Below, piece after piece: positions 60,540 to 64,000 of a DNA stretch of 64,000 nucleotides. How positions within the stretch are numbered: the first letter of the stretch is position 1; each line of letters begins with the position of its first letter. The position numbers and the translations under genes are program-made. The notes below the pieces were generated by a model. It saw only the letters and a list, made by a program, of their open reading frames with translations. It ran no database searches and had not been told where the DNA came from. Source of the stretch: Sulfurovum sp. (GTDB lineage: Bacteria; Campylobacterota; Campylobacteria; Campylobacterales; Sulfurovaceae); contig JAABRH010000001.1 in the NCBI GenBank assembly GCA_011391015.1, forward strand, positions 2,688 through 66,687, in the 5' to 3' direction.

Positions 60540-62933
60540 ATGATACGAATCATAGTTTTGCTAGGAGTATTTCTGAGTTTTTCTTTTTCCATAGTGGAGA
60601 ATTCGTGCATTATTTGTCACGAGGGCATAGAAGATATCCGCGATAAAAACTCAGAGATGATGCAGGCAATTTTGCAAAAAGCAGAAGAAGCAGACATCAA
60701 AGGCAATGACTGTGTGATTTGTCATGGCGGTAATCCTGAAGCAAAAAAGAAAGAGGATGCACATAGCGGCACACCTAAATATTTTGAAACGCATGAAGGA
60801 CCCAAGGCATATTACCCCTATCCTGCAAGTCCAATGATCAACAAAAATACCTGTGGGATGTGCCATGCCAATCAGGTTGCTACCCAAGAAAACAATCTTA
60901 TGGCGACAGAGCAAGGCAAGATACATGGTGCACTCTGGGGTTTTGGTGCAAAAGAGGGGTATAAGCATACCTATACAAATTTTGGAGGAAAATCTCCTGA
61001 CCCACATGAGCGTCTGGGTACAAAAAAATACCAAAAATATATGGATGAACTTGCCGCGCTAGAGCCACAAGGCTTTTTAAAAGAAACCAAAGCACTTCCT
61101 GCAGCACCTACGGCAGAAGAAGTAGAAAAAGACCCTACACTCTCTGTCTATACCTATCTTAGACAGGAGTGCCTGCGTTGTCATACAGGAGGAAAAGGTC
61201 GTGAGAAACGTGGAGACTTTAGAGGCATAGGGTGTGCATCTTGTCATGTTCCATACTCAAATGAAGGGTTTTATGAGGGGGGCGATAAAAGTATTTCGAA
61301 AAAAGAAGGCGGACATATGCTGGTGCATGCCATACAGTCTTCTCGTGAAGTGAAAGTAAACGTCCATGACATTAACTATTCGGGCATTCCTGTAGAAACC
61401 TGTACCACTTGCCACAACAGAGGCAAGCGCATCGGAGTGAGTTATCAGGGATTGATGGAAACAGAATATGAGGGTACTTTTGACAATAAGGGAAAAGAGC
61501 AGCCCCAGCTTCATACAAAACGCTATATGCATTTAACCGAAGATATACATTATTCCAAAGGTATGCTATGCCAAGACTGTCACACTACCAATGATATGCA
61601 TGGTGATGGGTTTTTCAGAGGAGCAAACTTAGGTGCCGTAGAAGTAGAATGCCAAGACTGCCACGGTACAACGACCAAATATCCATGGGAGCTTCCTTTG
61701 GGATATAGCGATGAGTTTGCTACTAAACCCAAAGAAGGCAAAGCCAGAGGCACAACGCATACTTTGGCAGCATATTTGAGACAAGGGTCTATCCCAGATG
61801 ACACAGGAGACGGATTTTTGCTTTCTGCTAGGGGCAATCCGCTGACCAAGGCAGTACGAAAAGGCGACAAAATTGTGATGCACCTGTCTTCGGGTAAAGA
61901 TATCACCCTTTCTCCTCTTAAAACACTTAAAAAAGAGCATAAAATTTCGCAGGAAGGTTTGATTGCCATGGATCAAATCCAAGGACATACAGACAAGTTG
62001 GAATGTTACACCTGCCATGCGACATGGGCGCCTCAGTGTTATGGCTGTCATGTCAAAGTGGACTACTCCGGTGGAAAACAAAACCCTGATTTTTTGGAAG
62101 CCTCAAAGCATCATGTCAATGGCAAAACAGGAGATGTGGAAACACTCAAGGATTTTCTGGTTGACGGACAGGTAACAGAAACGAGATCCTACTTGAGATG
62201 GGAAGACCCGGCACTGAGTCAGAATGGAGAAGGACGTATCTCTCCAACAATACCGGGTTGTCAAGTCGTCCTTACCGTCATAGGTAAAGAGGGTAATGCT
62301 CTGCTTCAGAATCATATCTTTAAGATACCAAATGTGGAGGGTGCCGGCAATGAAGGTATTAATTCAATTACTATGTCTCCTGTGCAACCCCACACGGTAA
62401 GTAAAGCTTCCCGAACCTGTGAAAGTTGTCACAGCAGTCTTAAGGCTATGGGACGCGGTATAAATGGAGGAAAATATTTTGCAGACCAAAGCAAAACCAC
62501 CATTGTGGACTTGATGCGAGCTGATAAAACCCTTTTGCCTTCACAGGTAGACGAGCAGATCCCTGCCATACCGAATCTTAAACACGATTTCTCGGTGATG
62601 ATAGATGAAAACGGTACACAGGTGCAAACTTTAGGGAACCATTGGAAACTTTCACAGGCACTTGATAATGAGACAAGAGCAAAGCTTGATAGAAGCGGTG
62701 CTTGTCTGAGTTGCCACAAAGAGATGCCAGATGAAGATCTAGCCGTATCGCTTATGGTCCATACAGCAAAGTTTGCAGGGGTGAAAATAGACAACGAGAT
62801 GCATAATACTATTGTCCATAAAACTATCTTGCTGAGCGCATGGTTTCAGGTGCTGGGCGGATTGCTTCTTGGCGGAGGGATTGTTTATTGGTTTCTGGGA
62901 CGCAAGAAGCAAATGCGTTGCAAAAAAGATTAA
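60540..62933 (+). CDS. Membrane-anchored multiheme cytochrome c (12 CxxCH)
   Basis: Signal peptide; CIICH, CVICH, CGMCH, CLRCH, CASCH, CTTCH, CQDCH twice, CYTCH, CYGCH, CESCH, CLSCH; C-terminal TM helix. Confidence 0.92.
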   Translation: MIRIIVLLGVFLSFSFSIVENSCIICHEGIEDIRDKNSEMMQAILQKAEEADIKGNDCVICHGGNPEAKKKEDAHSGTPKYFETHEGPKAYYPYPASPMINKNTCGMCHANQVATQENNLMATEQGKIHGALWGFGAKEGYKHTYTNFGGKSPDPHERLGTKKYQKYMDELAALEPQGFLKETKALPAAPTAEEVEKDPTLSVYTYLRQECLRCHTGGKGREKRGDFRGIGCASCHVPYSNEGFYEGGDKSISKKEGGHMLVHAIQSSREVKVNVHDINYSGIPVETCTTCHNRGKRIGVSYQGLMETEYEGTFDNKGKEQPQLHTKRYMHLTEDIHYSKGMLCQDCHTTNDMHGDGFFRGANLGAVEVECQDCHGTTTKYPWELPLGYSDEFATKPKEGKARGTTHTLAAYLRQGSIPDDTGDGFLLSARGNPLTKAVRKGDKIVMHLSSGKDITLSPLKTLKKEHKISQEGLIAMDQIQGHTDKLECYTCHATWAPQCYGCHVKVDYSGGKQNPDFLEASKHHVNGKTGDVETLKDFLVDGQVTETRSYLRWEDPALSQNGEGRISPTIPGCQVVLTVIGKEGNALLQNHIFKIPNVEGAGNEGINSITMSPVQPHTVSKASRTCESCHSSLKAMGRGINGGKYFADQSKTTIVDLMRADKTLLPSQVDEQIPAIPNLKHDFSVMIDENGTQVQTLGNHWKLSQALDNETRAKLDRSGACLSCHKEMPDEDLAVSLMVHTAKFAGVKIDNEMHNTIVHKTILLSAWFQVLGGLLLGGGIVYWFLGRKKQMRCKKD

Positions 62934-63400
62934 ATAAACATAAGAGAAATAAAAAAGTTTGAAAAATAAGGCTTTGGGTTAGTGAAAAATAGATGCGTCA
63001 CAAAGAACATGATTGTTGATGCATTCAATAACCAAAAGGAGATTATAGATTATCTCAAAAGTCACAAGTTTGACCCATTTCTTGACCCTATACATTCCCA
63101 AAATAGTCACAAAGTCTCTCTCGGCAGGACTCTACCAAGATGAAAATAACCCTCATTAATTCCCTTGAGAGAGTTCATAAAGAGCAACGATCTACTTAAG
63201 ATTCTGCTTTTAATGAATTTAAAATAACAGTTTTAGAGGTAGCAAAATCACTTACAGGTTAAAATATTTTATTGAACATTAATTTACCCCTTGGTTTTGA
63301 AATAAACTTTTAAGCCCACTATAATTTTAAATCGTTATTATTTTGTAACAACTATATCATCTATATGATTATATTGTTAAAATGAATAATTAGGCAAATA

Positions 63401-64000
63401 ATGTCTATAAAAATTGCTTTGCTTTTGATACTGTTGGGCTCTTTGTTATTCTCCGCTGGTGGACCTCCTATGATGACGGATGGAACGGGAACTCCAGGAA
63501 ATGGAAACTGGGAGCTAAATATCGCTTACAAAGGTGAATATCCAGATGTTTCCAGCCGATATGAAGCACCAAGTATGGATCTCAATTATGGCGTAGGAGA
63601 TACCATTCAATTAAAAGCTGAAACATCTTACATACAACTAACTCACGAGGATGAAACGAAAGACAATGGAATAGGTAATGCCAAAATAGGTGTCAAATGG
63701 AGATTTTATGAAGAAGATATGTTATCTTTTTCTGTTTATCCCCAATACTCATTTGCACCTATTAAAAAGAATTTAGATAACGGACTTGCTGATATTGAAG
63801 AGGCTTTTTACTTTCCTGTTCAAATGAACAAACAGTTTAACTCTATCGCGGTAACCGCGGAGTTAGGCTACTTGGCTGTCGCGCACGATAAAAACTATCT
63901 GAATTCCGGGTTTCTGATTGGATATCGTTATACTGACAAGGTGGAGCTATTGGCTGAACTCTATCGTAGCGTGCAAACCAACGGTAACGATGAATTTATA
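63401..64000 (+). CDS. Putative outer-membrane beta-barrel protein, runs off the window end
   Basis: Hand translation MSIKIALLLILLGSLLFSAGGPPMMTDGTGTPGNGNWELN...DLNYGVGD..GVKWRF; frame open to 64000. Confidence 0.75.
   Translation, partial: MSIKIALLLILLGSLLFSAGGPPMMTDGTGTPGNGNWELNIAYKGEYPDVSSRYEAPSMDLNYGVGDTIQLKAETSYIQLTHEDETKDNGIGNAKIGVKWRFYEEDMLSFSVYPQYSFAPIKKNLDNGLADIEEAFYFPVQMNKQFNSIAVTAELGYLAVAHDKNYLNSGFLIGYRYTDKVELLAELYRSVQTNGNDEFI

Noticed and set aside
63008-63200. Short broken reading frames between the cytochrome and the last gene
   Set aside because: May be a pseudogene fragment but I cannot assign a family.

Overview
Chromosomal window from a Campylobacterota (epsilonproteobacterial) chemolithotroph; gene content and style resemble Sulfurovum/Sulfurimonas (inference). 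Left to right: an assimilatory nitrate/nitrite cluster (partial DmsB-DmsC-like fusion, ferredoxin-nitrite reductase, NarK transporter, PP2C-Ser/Thr kinase) that also holds an atypical trigger factor; a ClpB-D2/FtsH-like AAA fusion with degenerate catalytic motifs; a core block (mltG, AsmA/YhdP-like, MscS, LolC/E-type permease, secA, lolA, ABC-F, yebC, exbBD, gyrA, asd, hemE, dGTPase-like HD protein, radical SAM, tRNA-Asn); a decayed integrative-element remnant; an RND efflux operon; the periplasmic nitrate reductase operon napAGHBFL-PAS-napD; a cNOR cluster (rrf2-norEF divergent from norCBDQ); and a porin. At 56.4-60.2 kb an accessory patch carries a GC-rich integron gene cassette (attI, CPBP gene, attC) with no integrase nearby, plus two more small gene modules. 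All three are delimited by a repeated 31-bp palindromic site, and the outer sites form about 120-bp inverted res-like units. A 12-heme cytochrome and a partial outer-membrane protein end the window. Best leads: the palindrome-delimited module array with its integrase-less cassette, a palindromic operator shared by three nitrogen-assimilation promoters, the pseudo-enzyme AAA fusion, the trigger factor lacking its ribosome-binding signature, and a 45-aa secreted His-His-Met peptide missing from the ORF track. Everything was read by eye; no searches were run.
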